From assembly GCA_964658305.1 (NCBI GenBank), contig OZ210885.1:10664001-10728000 (forward strand): 64,000 nucleotides of DNA, in the 5' to 3' direction. Below are positions 23,277-35,000 of this stretch, one piece after another. The notes beneath the pieces were generated by a model, which was given only the letters and a program-made list of their open reading frames with translations, made no database searches and was not told the origin of the DNA. Positions within the stretch are counted from its first letter, which is position 1. The number at the start of each line of letters is the position of its first letter. This stretch comes from Leptogorgia sarmentosa (taxonomy: Eukaryota). The translations under genes were made by a program, and so were the position numbers.

Positions 23277-23728
23277 TACGCCAAACGGTCGTCGAATTTG
23301 GGACTTGTCGATCCGGGAAAGCTATTCGAAACAATCTTAAAACTTCCTGAATACTTTTTGTTACAAAGTAACCTTCAACAATAAAAATTATTTCTGCTGT
23401 AGTGAGCTGTGGCATGATGCCTAAGACTTTAAAATTATTTCGCGAAAATATTTCAAACAAGATATTCGCATGCAACGATAACGTCCCCTTCGGAATTAAG
23501 AACGTCGAATTCGAAGCATCTAAAAATGACTGCTTGCAGTAAATCACTTATTTTGAAGTCCTAAATGGCCTAAAAAGTCACAATCGACCACTTATTGAGT
23601 AGAAAAAAGATAGGGCTAAAACATGAACTAAAAGTTAAGACATGGAAATCTATATTATTTTGGTTATAAAGCCTTAAACATGGATTGCGTTTTTTTTTAT
23701 ACACCCTGTATATCCGCGTACCCGCTTT
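23277..23728. repeat. direct duplicate of 18196-18646 (right part of the Tc1 element plus 20 bp of flank)
   Basis: Identical apart from one substitution and one T-run length difference that I could see. Confidence 0.95.
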
Positions 23729-24169
23729 GCTGTGCGATAAACCGGACGTCGTTGAGCTACTCATTAAATTCAAACCTGATTGGGCCGCGAATATTTAACA
23801 GTTAGCAATTTCAGATTCATTTCAGAATCTTATTAAAATAAATGCACAATATACCTTCCTTTGGAACTTAATTAAGATTTCGCTGAAATCAAGCATAAAA
23901 TAAGGACAATATACTCAATTAAATTGTTAGCTACACGTTCGTTATATTTATAGTTTACAAATCGCAATAACTGCGGCCAAAACGCAGGAAGTAAAATGTG
24001 CGTGCCTAAAACAACAAAGGCTCCGACGTCAAATTATCCATAAATCTACACCGATGTACCTATTAATCAAGAAGCAAGTTTGTAACATCGTCGACGACAA
24101 AAGACACGCACATTTTAAGACTCCGCTGCACGGCTATGCCTACGCAGGGAGGTTAAAAAGGCTTTCTTA

Positions 24170-24485
24170 TGGCCTGTTTATATGATCCCACTCACCCGGG
24201 ATTCAATGAAGCGCAAAATGATTTTGAGGTATTGAAATGAGTCATAATTTATGATTTGAAGAAATGCTAAACTGCTGGTTGCTCAAGATTTTGTTCTGCT
24301 GAAATATCAAAAACGCAAGATGTTGTTGGGCATCAATTTTTGTAAAATATATCTTTTTTGTTGATTTGTACTAAAAGTGTCCAAACTTTGGGTGTTTTGT
24401 TTCATAAACGTGACTCATTTCAATACCTCAAGATCATTTGACGCTTCATTGAATCCCGGTTAAGAGGGATCATATAAACAGGCCC
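24170..24485. mobile_element. MITE, PIF/Harbinger-like
   Basis: About 75-bp TIRs GGCCTGTTTATATGATCCC...; TTA on both sides. Confidence 0.75.
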
Positions 24486-24758
24486 TTAAAGTGCAAGCTT
24501 GAGCGTGCTGTACGTCACATGTAGGCCTCTAAGTCTGCCGCGCTGTAATCTTGGAGGTCACTGATATAATGAATGGCCTCAAGTCTCGCCCGGTGATGCT
24601 TTGCATCAGTGTAGCGATAAATAATTTAATAACAAACATTGTCACGACCCTTTATTACGCGTTTGGTGGAGTTATCCTGGGCGTTGCAGTTCACGACGAC
24701 AATTCAATTTGTGCAGTAGCAACGGCAACAAGTGCGCGCACGGAATGTTGAAGAGTTA

Positions 24759-25145
24759 GGGGCCGATAACATGGAGCATTTTCAACCCCGGGGTTTAAGT
24801 CAGCCCTGTTGACAGGGGTTGAAAATGCCTGCACGTGACACTCACTTGAATTCATAAATATGCGCTACTACGCATGCTCACACAATTTTAACCCAGGGCT
24901 GAAAGATGGCAAAATTTCAACCGCGGGTGTAATTTTAATCCAGGGCTGAAGTTTCATCCCAGGTATGCCAAAATGGGTTGAAATTTCAACCCCGGGTTTG
25001 AACTCGGCCCTGGATTGAAACTTTTCTCATGTAATCGCGTGAGTTTTTAATGGGGGTTTACAATGGAGGCAGGGATGAATTTTCAGCCCTGTCAACAGGG
25101 CTGACTTAACCCCCAGGGTTGAAAATGCTCCATGTAATCGGCCCC
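24759..25145. mobile_element. MITE, PIF/Harbinger-like
   Basis: About 60-bp TIRs GGGGCCGAT.ACATGGAGCATTTTCAACCC; TTA/TAA flanks; internal GGGCTGAA/TTCAACCC repeats. Confidence 0.8.
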
Positions 25146-25282
25146 TAAGGCTATGCTAATGTTTTTCTTTTAGTTTTCAATGTTATTCACTCGAACCCTT
25201 CAGCTAATACTCGATGAATTACCCGATCACTCCTTGTGCAATTGAGATTAGAAAATAAAATAATAGCAATGAAATTTTTTAC

Positions 25283-25523
25283 CTAATATAGCCACAAGGT
25301 TGCCAGAATTGTTAATTCTTAAAACTTTCTCTGTATAGAAACAACTGCTGCTATATTTCTCGGTTTCGTTCAAGTTCCACTTTGTGATTAGGTCTTCAGC
25401 TTCATCTAGTGTCTCCTTATGAACACAAAAAAGAGAGTTGTGGACCACGCGAATTGTTTGGATTCTCCCCATCAAGATGTATTCGTAACTATGCACGACT
25501 CCATTTTCATTTACCCGATCAAT
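25283..25523 (-). CDS. NB-ARC/WD40 gene exon
   Basis: TTGACAG acceptor (phase 0), GTAAAA donor (phase 1), open frame. Confidence 0.7.
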
Positions 25524-26595
25524 CTGTCAAAATTATCAAAAAACTGCTCAATATAACGTCCTTCCATAAAATATTTTCGCTCCAATTCACAAAACGTTAT
25601 TCAGTTATAAATAGTTGTTATTATGTATTTCGAATTCGTGATTCCGATTCGGAAGCGTAATTTTCAGAATCGAAATTCTTGAATTTGTTTTACATAATAT
25701 AGGTATTTTAAATGAATGAAGGCAAGGGGGTAAATCATAAAGAGGGGGGGGGGGGGAAGGGAGGGGGATGAAACAAGTGACCTACTTTTTCGGCTGAGGG
25801 GATGGGTTAGGGTTAGTAAATTCACGGACGATCTATCAAGTAAACTGTCCTTTATGTGTGTAAATCTAAATGAAGTGTTGCGTTTCGTAATTACAATGCA
25901 AGTAAATTTCATCATTCACGTTTATTAGAACAATTCTTGCTAAATTATTGCAATATGCGCGGAAAACGAGTGCAATTTTGCCAAACACGAGTGCAATTTT
26001 TCATGAATACTTTGCGAGCAAATGTAAATAAATTTACTAATAGCGTCACTTGTATATCACACAGTTACACAGTGCGCAAACAAAGTCAAACATAAATTAA
26101 GAAAACCAAAAATGTTAACGTTGTTTTACAAGGTTGTTTTTCCAATTTTTAACGTTGGGCCAATCAGCGTCAACGTAATTGACTAAAATCAATACTAACA
26201 TGGAAATCAACTGTATTCACAACGTTGATGTCTATTATGCCCTTGCTAAAAAATCCTCATTACGCACCGGGTTAAGTTGCTACGCATGCAATGAAGGTTA
26301 CAGGTGAACAGTTAAATATAATTAGCTTCATAATGAAAGCCATCATCAAATTAAATACACGCATGAGCATGACCATAGTCTTTCCCAAGTATGGACATTC
26401 GAGCAATTTCAACAGATCTTGACCTTGCATGTTATACTATATTAAGACCACAATACCTATACATCTACACTCTACCTTCTATTTAGGCTTATCAGGAATC
26501 AAACAGGCAAATAACTTAAATTTAAATTACATTTATCAGAAAATGAACATTTCAATCCACGCCATGGAGCAAAATTGGAATTCATATATTTAGGA

Positions 26596-27115
26596 TATTA
26601 CACGGTTGCGAGAAGATATGGATTTTATGTTCGAGTGGCAAGAACAATATCTCACGAGTGAGCGCAGCGAACGAGTGAGATATTGTTCTTGGCACGAGAA
26701 CATAAAATCCATATCTTCGAGCGAACCGTGTAATGTTCTGTTTATTATATGGACTTATTCAGAGTGACACAAATACACCGAACAACTACCCTTTTAATGA
26801 AAACATGCAGTCTAAAACACGACAATTAATGGCTTTAAAATTAGCCTTTACTAAATATAGATTATAAAATACCGCTTTATTGTAGTTTATTGTAGTATTG
26901 TAGCTTTGTTGTTCGCAAAACGTACTAATATCGTCTTCGCTTAAATTCACAAACCTTGAAGTTGAAGCCATTTGTAAACAGCGAAAAAGGCGGGAAGGTT
27001 ATGTCACCCCTAAGCGTGACATACGGAAAATACGCGCACCGTATCCCGGATGTAGTGGCGTATGAGTTCTACGAGTGTTTTAGTTCCCAATAAAATACCG
27101 CTGTCCATATAATAA
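26596..27115. mobile_element. non-autonomous element with long terminal hairpin (possibly Crypton-derived)
   Basis: About 140-bp near-perfect palindrome 26596-26736; inverted repeat TTATTATATGGAC (26742) / GTCCATATAATAA (27103); minus-strand remnant MASTSRFVNLSEDDI. Confidence 0.5.
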
Positions 27116-28185
27116 TTGAGTTTATGACTTCTGGTGGGCAAGATATTTTAGATGATTGACTGTCATTCATTTTTACTTGCGCCATCCTTTGTTCTAGGAA
27201 ACTTTATATCCATAATCAAAAGCTCTTTCTTGTATTCATTTAAGCGTGTCTTCTCTTGATAGGGACTTTTGAGAATTGGATTGCGAATTTTCTGTTAAAA
27301 TTTACGCAAACATCTGAGCATGCATAAAATTAATTGCTCATCACTCAGGAAACAGCGGAAAAGTTTTCGGACATCTCTGGCATATATCAGCGTGCAGCAA
27401 ATTTCTCAAAGCTCGATATTATAACCTATTCTCCGTATATTGACACGGTTAAATCAAATCGCGTCATTATCTTCGTTTTTTTTGTGAGTCATTTTTAATT
27501 AACGTGCCTTGGGTTCCAGATGTACCAAAAATCGAAAACTACGGCCGCATAAAACATGCAGCTAAATTAGTTAAATCTTTACATAAAGAAGGGGGATTAA
27601 ACTTAAAATTGAGCAGTGGCCACTAGGGAAGACCCTCGACAGAACGAATGGCGCAGTGATAACGCCAAAATCCGTCAATATGTTTTTAGCTCAGTTACAC
27701 CAATATGCGTGGTAACTAGGAGTTACTATCGCAAGGAAGGTGCTGCTGTTGTGCTCAAACTTTAAAATCCCGGGAGAGTTATAGAATACCCGTCCACTTT
27801 TGAAACAGTGACTTGTTATCATGATACGATGATACGAAGTCAAAATAATCACGCAATGTAATGTATCCGAGTTTTTAAAAAGCCTGGGCAAGATGTATTT
27901 TTTCGCAATACGATGACACGAAGTGAAATGTGCTATACCCGAGTATTCAGAAAGCACGCGCGTGACAGCCTTCGTGATACGATGATGTACGAAGTGAAAA
28001 TTATTACCGTTTACCACGTTTATATCTCGTTTTTTAATCGCAAGCTCAACTAATAATAAAAAATGCGATTCAGTGCGCACATTTTGTTTATGTCCCGTTC
28101 TTTAAAAAGCAACAGCACGCTAGTTACTTAGGGTGAAGGTTTACTGTTAGGGTTAGTGTTTATTATACTATTAGTAATAGTATGT

Positions 28186-28312
28186 TATACAAATAATGAA
28201 TGTTTATGAGTGCAATGGTAAGAATATTTGCCGAGTTGAATGGGTCATTCCATTTTTCACCGAATGAAAATATTCTTACCATTGCACGAAATGAACATTC
28301 ATTATTTGTTTT
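28186..28312. repeat. imperfect palindrome (repeat element end)
   Basis: ACAAATAATGAATGTT..GTGCAATGGTAAGAATATTT pairs with AAATATTCTTACCATTGCAC..AACATTCATTATTTGT. Confidence 0.7.
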
Positions 28313-29290
28313 ACATGACACCAAAATAAATCATTGACCGGAAATACCCGACATTTTGTTTTGTTAGTTTACTAAATAAAATTCCATCGCTACATGGTCG
28401 CGCCACGTTCATGGATTCGCCTTTAAATGCGTGCGAAAATAACATTTTGAGTGATTGAAAATAATTAAAACCACCGTGCAATGGAAAGAAATATTTGCAC
28501 GGTTCCATTGCACGATCATGAAAACGGAATTTCTATTTTATATCATCGTATGTGATTAATTGTTAAGTAGGAAACAACCTTTGCGAATAGAAACAAGCAA
28601 AACCTCGCCAATTTACGACAGCTTTAGAACTCGGCAAAGTTATTTTACTGTTCTGAAAATGTATTTTATACAAAAAGCACATGATGGTGGGACAAAGAAG
28701 TTGTGGTGCCTTCGCATCTCGAAATTTGTTCGGTGTATGCCCTGACATAGAAGCTTTTTTTCCGTAGAAAATGTTATTTATCACGACCAATATTAACTAA
28801 TGTATAATGAGAAATTTGTTTTTTAAAAAACCTGATCGCTCTATTTCTAGCCCATGTTATTCGCAAATATATATTTTAATAAGAACTGTCTTCGCATAGT
28901 TTAATTTTAAAGGTTTTACTGCCTTCTTGGCACAAAATAGTATTTCCTTAATATTGCATATTAAAATTCGGTTTCTTAATTATAGCTTAGGGTTATTGCA
29001 TCTCGCAAATTTCTGGTAATGAAACAAACATCCAGCAACAAAAAAACTATTCATTTGGTTCAGTTCTTCCAGATAAGGTTTGAACAATGGGGATTTTTTT
29101 CCGAATTTGCCTCCCAATTTTCAAAATGAAGATTGGGACGAAGTTAATTTGCAATAATTCTAGAAACGCTTCATAATGTGTATGTGCTGTTTTAAATCAT
29201 GAAATTTGAACTGCAGCTCAACCTACAACAAGTAGCTAACACGTCCAAAAATAACATTTGAAAATCTCGTTTGGAAAATGATATACATAC

Positions 29291-29892
29291 CTCGTCGCCA
29301 GAAGCAACAATGATATCATCCGAGCGGGGCAGGAATTCTAACGCGGTAATGGGATTCGAACAAATGTTGTCATGTGACCATATTAACCTCGGCAAGTTTT
29401 CTTCAACATTCCAAAGCTTCACAGACCCACCGATAGACCCCGATGCAAAGCGACGTGAACGATCATGACCTCCTACTTCGCCTTTAACTTGAGAAATAGC
29501 ATCCTTGTGCGCTGGGAATTTCATCTGCGAGTTATTGTTAAATTGGAACAATAACAGTTCTCCGTCATCACAACCAAGCAATGCATAGTTTGAACCAAGA
29601 GCAGTAATGCAGGTGACTTTAACTTCTGGTTGACCCAAATTAATGCTGGTCTCGATATCATTAAAAGTTCTTAGTTCGATCCTGTTTGCCTCGTCAACAA
29701 AAACGAAACGGACATGATCACTTAATAAGCACACAAAACGTATGGCGACTCCAGATTCGGTCTTTGCGAATTGAACCATTTTAGAACACTCTATGTCGAC
29801 CAGTGACAATGTTCCCGAACTGCTTCCAGACAGAGCAAATTTACCATTTGATGTGCTGTCAATTGCCGTAACTATCGAGTCGTCAGGGTGAC
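29291..29892 (-). CDS. NB-ARC/WD40 gene exon (WD40 repeats)
   Basis: TTTCAG acceptor, GTATGT donor; GHPDDSIVTAID, AHKDAI, FASGSIGGSVKLWN. Confidence 0.85.
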
Positions 29893-30689
29893 CTGAAAGA
29901 AGTAAAACGTTTAATTAAAGTCATTTGAAGTTGTCAAGTATATCGGTTAATATTTCATAAGTACAGCCAATCAGTGAATAACACAAATTACCATAAACGT
30001 TTACGCCGGGCTCCGCTTTTTGCGAGTAATACTCAAAGAAATTAACTTATAATTTTGATGGGGGAACAACATATTTTTCGGAAAGATTAGCTTGAAATTC
30101 AAATTTCACGATACTTAGACAACAATCGATGAAATCGTTTAGCTTGAACGAGTGGCTTTTGAATCCGTTTCATCATCTTGGATGTTTTGGCGATCTATAG
30201 CCACTCTGCTTTTTCATGTTACAAAATCAATAAAGTGTTATCGGAACAGTCGTGTACGTTTAGTATTGAACTGAGGTTTATCGTTCACCAATATGTCCCA
30301 AGAGTAAAATGGATAATATGCCGTGTTTGGTACCAAAATGTGGAGGAGAAAGAATTTTTCTCGAGGTGCAGCCTTTTCCTATAGATACGTCGTGAGTCCG
30401 AGATTCTATTCATCAGCAAACGCGCTTTGCCAAAAACAACGCGTGAAAATTTAAATTCAGATAGGCTGAGACCCCTTACGAGGAGAGATACGTGTTGAAA
30501 AAAGTCGGATGATTTAGATGGTTTCGACAGTTGGACTATGTTTCTCAGTACCAGCTGTTTTTGGCATTTTGATATTGATGAGAAAACGCTGAGGGATATC
30601 GGGGGGGGGGGGGGGGTATTGATGAATTCTGAGGTCATGGTTAACCTCCCATGTTTCGCTCACCAATATACATTAGAGTACTATTATAT

Positions 30690-31316
30690 CATCTAGTACT
30701 CCTAGTAATCCAGTAATCTAGTAGCCCATAGTAATCTGGTAATTCTTGGTTATCTAGTAATCTTTGGTTATCTAGTTATCTTGGTTATCTAGTAATCTTG
30801 GTTATCTTAGTAATCTTGGTTATCTTAGTAATCTTGGTTATCTTAGTAATCTTGGTTATCTTAGTAATCTTGGTTATCTTAGTAATCTTTGTTATCTAGT
30901 AATCTTGGTTATCTTAGTAATCTTTGGTTATCTAGTTATCTTGGTTATCTAGTAATGTTGGTTATCTAGTTATCTTGGTTATCTAGTAATCCTTGGTTAT
31001 CTTAGTAATCTTTGTTATCTAGTAACCTTGGTTATCCAGTTATCTTGGTTATCTAGTAATCTTGGTTATCTAGTAATGTTGGTTATCTAGTTATCTTGGT
31101 TATCTAGTAATCCTTGGTTATCTTAGTAATCTTGGTTATCTAGTTATCTTGGTTATCTAGTTATCTTGGTTATCTAGTTATCTTGGTTATCTAGTAATCC
31201 TTGGTTATCTTAGTAATCTTGGTTATCTTAGTAATCTTGGTTATCTTAGTAATCTTGGTTATCTTAGTAATCTTGGTTATCTAGTAATCTTTGGTTATCT
31301 TAGTAATCTTGGTTAT
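30690..31316. repeat. minisatellite, 18-20 bp unit (TTGGTTATCT(T)AGTAATC)
   Basis: About 30 tandem variants visible. Confidence 0.95.
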
Positions 31317-32039
31317 GGGGCGGACTAACAATAGCGTTATATATCAAAATAAGTATATTGTGGTAAAGAAACGGTTATATTAAATCTTTATATACTTGGT
31401 TTTGTCGTGAATTATTGCATGGCGAGCAGGTTCAGACAAATGCACACTGTTACGCGCAGATATTTAACAAATGGGACAAATTACATACAATTACGTTTTT
31501 TCTTTTTTCTCCAAGATAGCATTGTTTTCAGTAGCAGATCGTCATCATGCAGTTTTACGAACAATGCAGTTTTAGGAATTAAGGTAAGTTGCGCAATAAT
31601 GGAAATCGTAGACAGTTGAAACTCATCACTTACAGTCGAATGGATAATTTATTTGAACTGGATCCCGCATTTTTAACAGCAGGATAACCCAGGAAATACA
31701 ATATTGGCGTCAAAAATGACTGGAACTACAGAATTGGGGCTCGTAGTTGGGGTCCTTTATAGCACTTTCAAACAGTGAGATAACTGAATTAATCTTGATA
31801 AGGTCAAAATATACATAACATATAATGCGAAATGAATATAGTAGCAAAAAAATTGAAAAAGACGAAAAAATTCCTGATGAGCTAAATAAGCATTGAGATT
31901 TACATTCATCGCAGCATCGATGTGCTGCAAATCCTATAGGATTTCTATATATCACAGCAATCTTGTCGTTTTGGTATTCTTTCTTTACATGCAACACGAC
32001 CTAAATAATGCATATCAGCTTGTAGATACTCGCGATGAA

Positions 32040-35000
32040 TGTTGAGAACTGACAGATAAGTCAATTAGGGTAGTCAATTAAATAGGTTAGAATTAAAATA
32101 TCGGGTGTCAGTTAGTCAGTGTGTAAGAAGTGGGATACGCGTCAAACCTCGGGCTGTGATTTTTATGATTAAATTTGTTAGTAAAGTTTATTTTTTGTGA
32201 CTTGTCGAGGACAACTGTTTTGGAGGCAAACATTCTCGACACGTGGCACCTCCGACGGGATAGCTGAAACGCCAGCTATATTCGAATACAACTTTACAAG
32301 GGAATAGATCTAACGACACGCGGTTGTCCATGGATAAACACTTACAAACGAAGTTGAAGCAGTTGAAGCTTGGCGCTGACCGAACGAAAAGTATCTTGGA
32401 TTCAGGTAAGCCTGAAAGTATTAAGCGGCATCTCAATGCGCTGCGTGAAACAGTCCGTGAAGCGAACGAACATAAACGTACCGTTGAGGCAGCCAAAATA
32501 GGGGCTGAAGAAAGCGCTGAGAACATTAACGAGTGGAATCTTGCGATCGAAGGTCAAATTGAGCAAGGTGATGTTGAAATAAACCGTTTAGAACAATGGC
32601 TTTCCGAAAAGGAACTGTCTGAGAAACAATTAGCGCAAGAGGAACAGTTCAGAGCAGAATTAAATTTGCATGAAAAACGATTGAAGATGAAGGCCGAACT
32701 CGAACTGTCTCGAACAAAACCGGAAATGCAGGAATGTTCGGACTTTAAAACCGCAAAATTGCCAAAGTTAGTGATATCCAAATTTGATGGTACGTTTATG
32801 GATTGGCCTAGATTCTGGGGTCAATTCAGCGAAGCTATTGACAAAAGTTCGATCGCCCCTATCACCAAATTGACGTACCTACGAGAGTTACTCGACCCTA
32901 AAGTTAAACGTTGTGTCGAAACCTTGCCATTTACAACGGAGGGTTATAACCGAGCCAAGTCTGTTCTCCTCGATAGATATGGGAAAGAGTCGGAGATTGT
33001 CAATAGTTACGTGCGGGAAATACTCGAATTGCCCTATATAACGAGCGCAAATCCCCGTAAAATAGCAGAGTTCAGCGAGAAATTGTCCTATTGTGTCCAA
33101 GCGCTTGACACTATGAAAAAGCTCGAGCAAGTGAGAGGGAATGTCGCGATGACACTCGGGAAACTAGTCGCAATTAGGGGAGATTTGGTCCGTACTGACC
33201 CCGATTGGGAATCCTGGGACTTTGCTAAGCTAAGCGAAGCCGTGCGTCAGTGGGTTAAGCGAAATCCGGCAACCTCAAACGAGAAAGATCGCGACGAACG
33301 TAAGAGTGTCTTTCATGCGCGCGAGGACGAAGTGAGAGTGCGAGGCTGTGTTTATTGCGAAGACGCTGGTCACAAGGCAACGCAGTGCAACAAAATAACG
33401 GACACGAGTGAACGAAAGAAAATCCTGGCCAAGAAGGGCCTGTGTTTTAATTGCGCTACGAGAAAACATCGCGCAGCCGAATGCTCTAGCAAAGCGTCGT
33501 GTCAGCATTGCAACAAACGTCACCACTCATCAATCTGTCAACATCCACGTCAATCAGATGGGAACGGGGGTAAGTTGATGACAGACGGTGGCGCTGGGGA
33601 AGGAATTTTCCCAGTGGTCGTGGTGAAAGTGAACGGTGTCATGTGTCGCGCATTAATCGATTCTGGCGCCGGCGGGTCGTATGCGTCTGCAAAGCTGGTA
33701 ACGATGATTGACGAAAAACCGAGCGAGACCAAGTTACAACGCATTGATATGCTAATGGGATCGAAGACCACACGAATGGAATACTACGACACGGAAATTA
33801 GCGCTCTAGACGGAAATTTCAAGATGAATGTGAAGATAGCTAAAGTGGAAAAACCAGAACTTCTTAACATAAGTAACCCGGGATACGCGGAGTTAAGACG
33901 CAAGTACAGCCACCTTCAAGACGCTGTCATCAACGACTATGATACGAAAAGAGAGCTGCCCATTCACCTGGTGTTAGGAAATGGCGAATACGCAAGAATT
34001 AAAACAAGTACGAAACCACTCATCGGTGGCGAATGCGAGCCAGTTGCAGAGAAAACAAAGTTTGGCTGGTTTATTATGAGCCCTGGGATCGATTTTGACC
34101 GAAGTACGATGCTCTTGACTCAAACAGCGCACTCTGATTTCGAAAACCTATGCAGGTTAGATGTTCTCGGACTAGCTGATGTGGCGGAAAACGACCAGAG
34201 CGTAGTGTACGAAGACTTCAAAGAACAGCTGACGAGACACCCCGAAGGTTGGTACGAGACCAACCTCCCATGGAAAGCCAACCATCCCAGACTACCTACG
34301 AACGAAGCAGGAAGTAGACGTCGCTTGGTGTCTGTGATAAAGAAACTGACTCGCGAGGGGAACTACGAACGATATGATGATATCATGCGAGAACAGCTCG
34401 ACCAAGGCATTATAGAACGAGCTCCAGTCGAAGCCAGTGGCAAGGAGCATTATTTACCACATAAAGGTGTAGTCAAACAGTCGGCAGAGACCACAAAGCT
34501 ACGTATAGTCTTCGACGCCTCGGCGAAGGAATCAAGTGAACAACCATCATTGAACGAGTGTCTTTACCCTGGCCCACCACTTCAAAATCAACTGTGGAAT
34601 ATTCTCGTCCGGATACGATTCTACCCCATCCTTTTAACCAGCGACATCGAGAAAGCCTTCCTACAAATTCGCGTCAAAGAGCAAGAAAGAGATTCATTAC
34701 GGTTTTTCTGGAAAAGCCCGGGAAGCGACGTGACGACGGTGTATCGGTTTACTCGAGCTTTGTTCGGAATGACATGCTCGCCATTTCTCCTCGGTGGAGT
34801 TATTAACGAACATTTAAGGCGATGGGAGTCGAAGTACCCAAATGAAGTGAAAGAAATTCGAGACGGGTTGTACGTTGACGACTTGATGACGGGGGGAGAA
34901 TCAGTGGAATCCGTGTCAACGAAACGTGAAAAGGCTGTAGAAGTGTTCGAAGACGGGTCATTTAAATTGCACAAATGGCATTCCAATGTTATGGATCTTG

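Larger units (their letters stand above)
18647..23277 (-). mobile_element. tyrosine-recombinase retrotransposon (DIRS order, Ngaro-like, direct repeats)
   Basis: Overlapping gag, RT/RNase H and YR ORFs; apparently identical 266-bp direct repeats at 18647-18912 and 23012-23277; no methyltransferase domain recognised. Confidence 0.92.

Noticed and set aside
27820..28000. Three spaced GATACGATGA...CGAAGT repeats resembling CRISPR
   Set aside because: Only three degenerate copies with uneven, partly similar spacers; more likely internal repeats of an old element.
31710..32000. Candidate extra exon after TTTAG
   Set aside because: The required phase hits a stop, and the flanking exons already join in frame.
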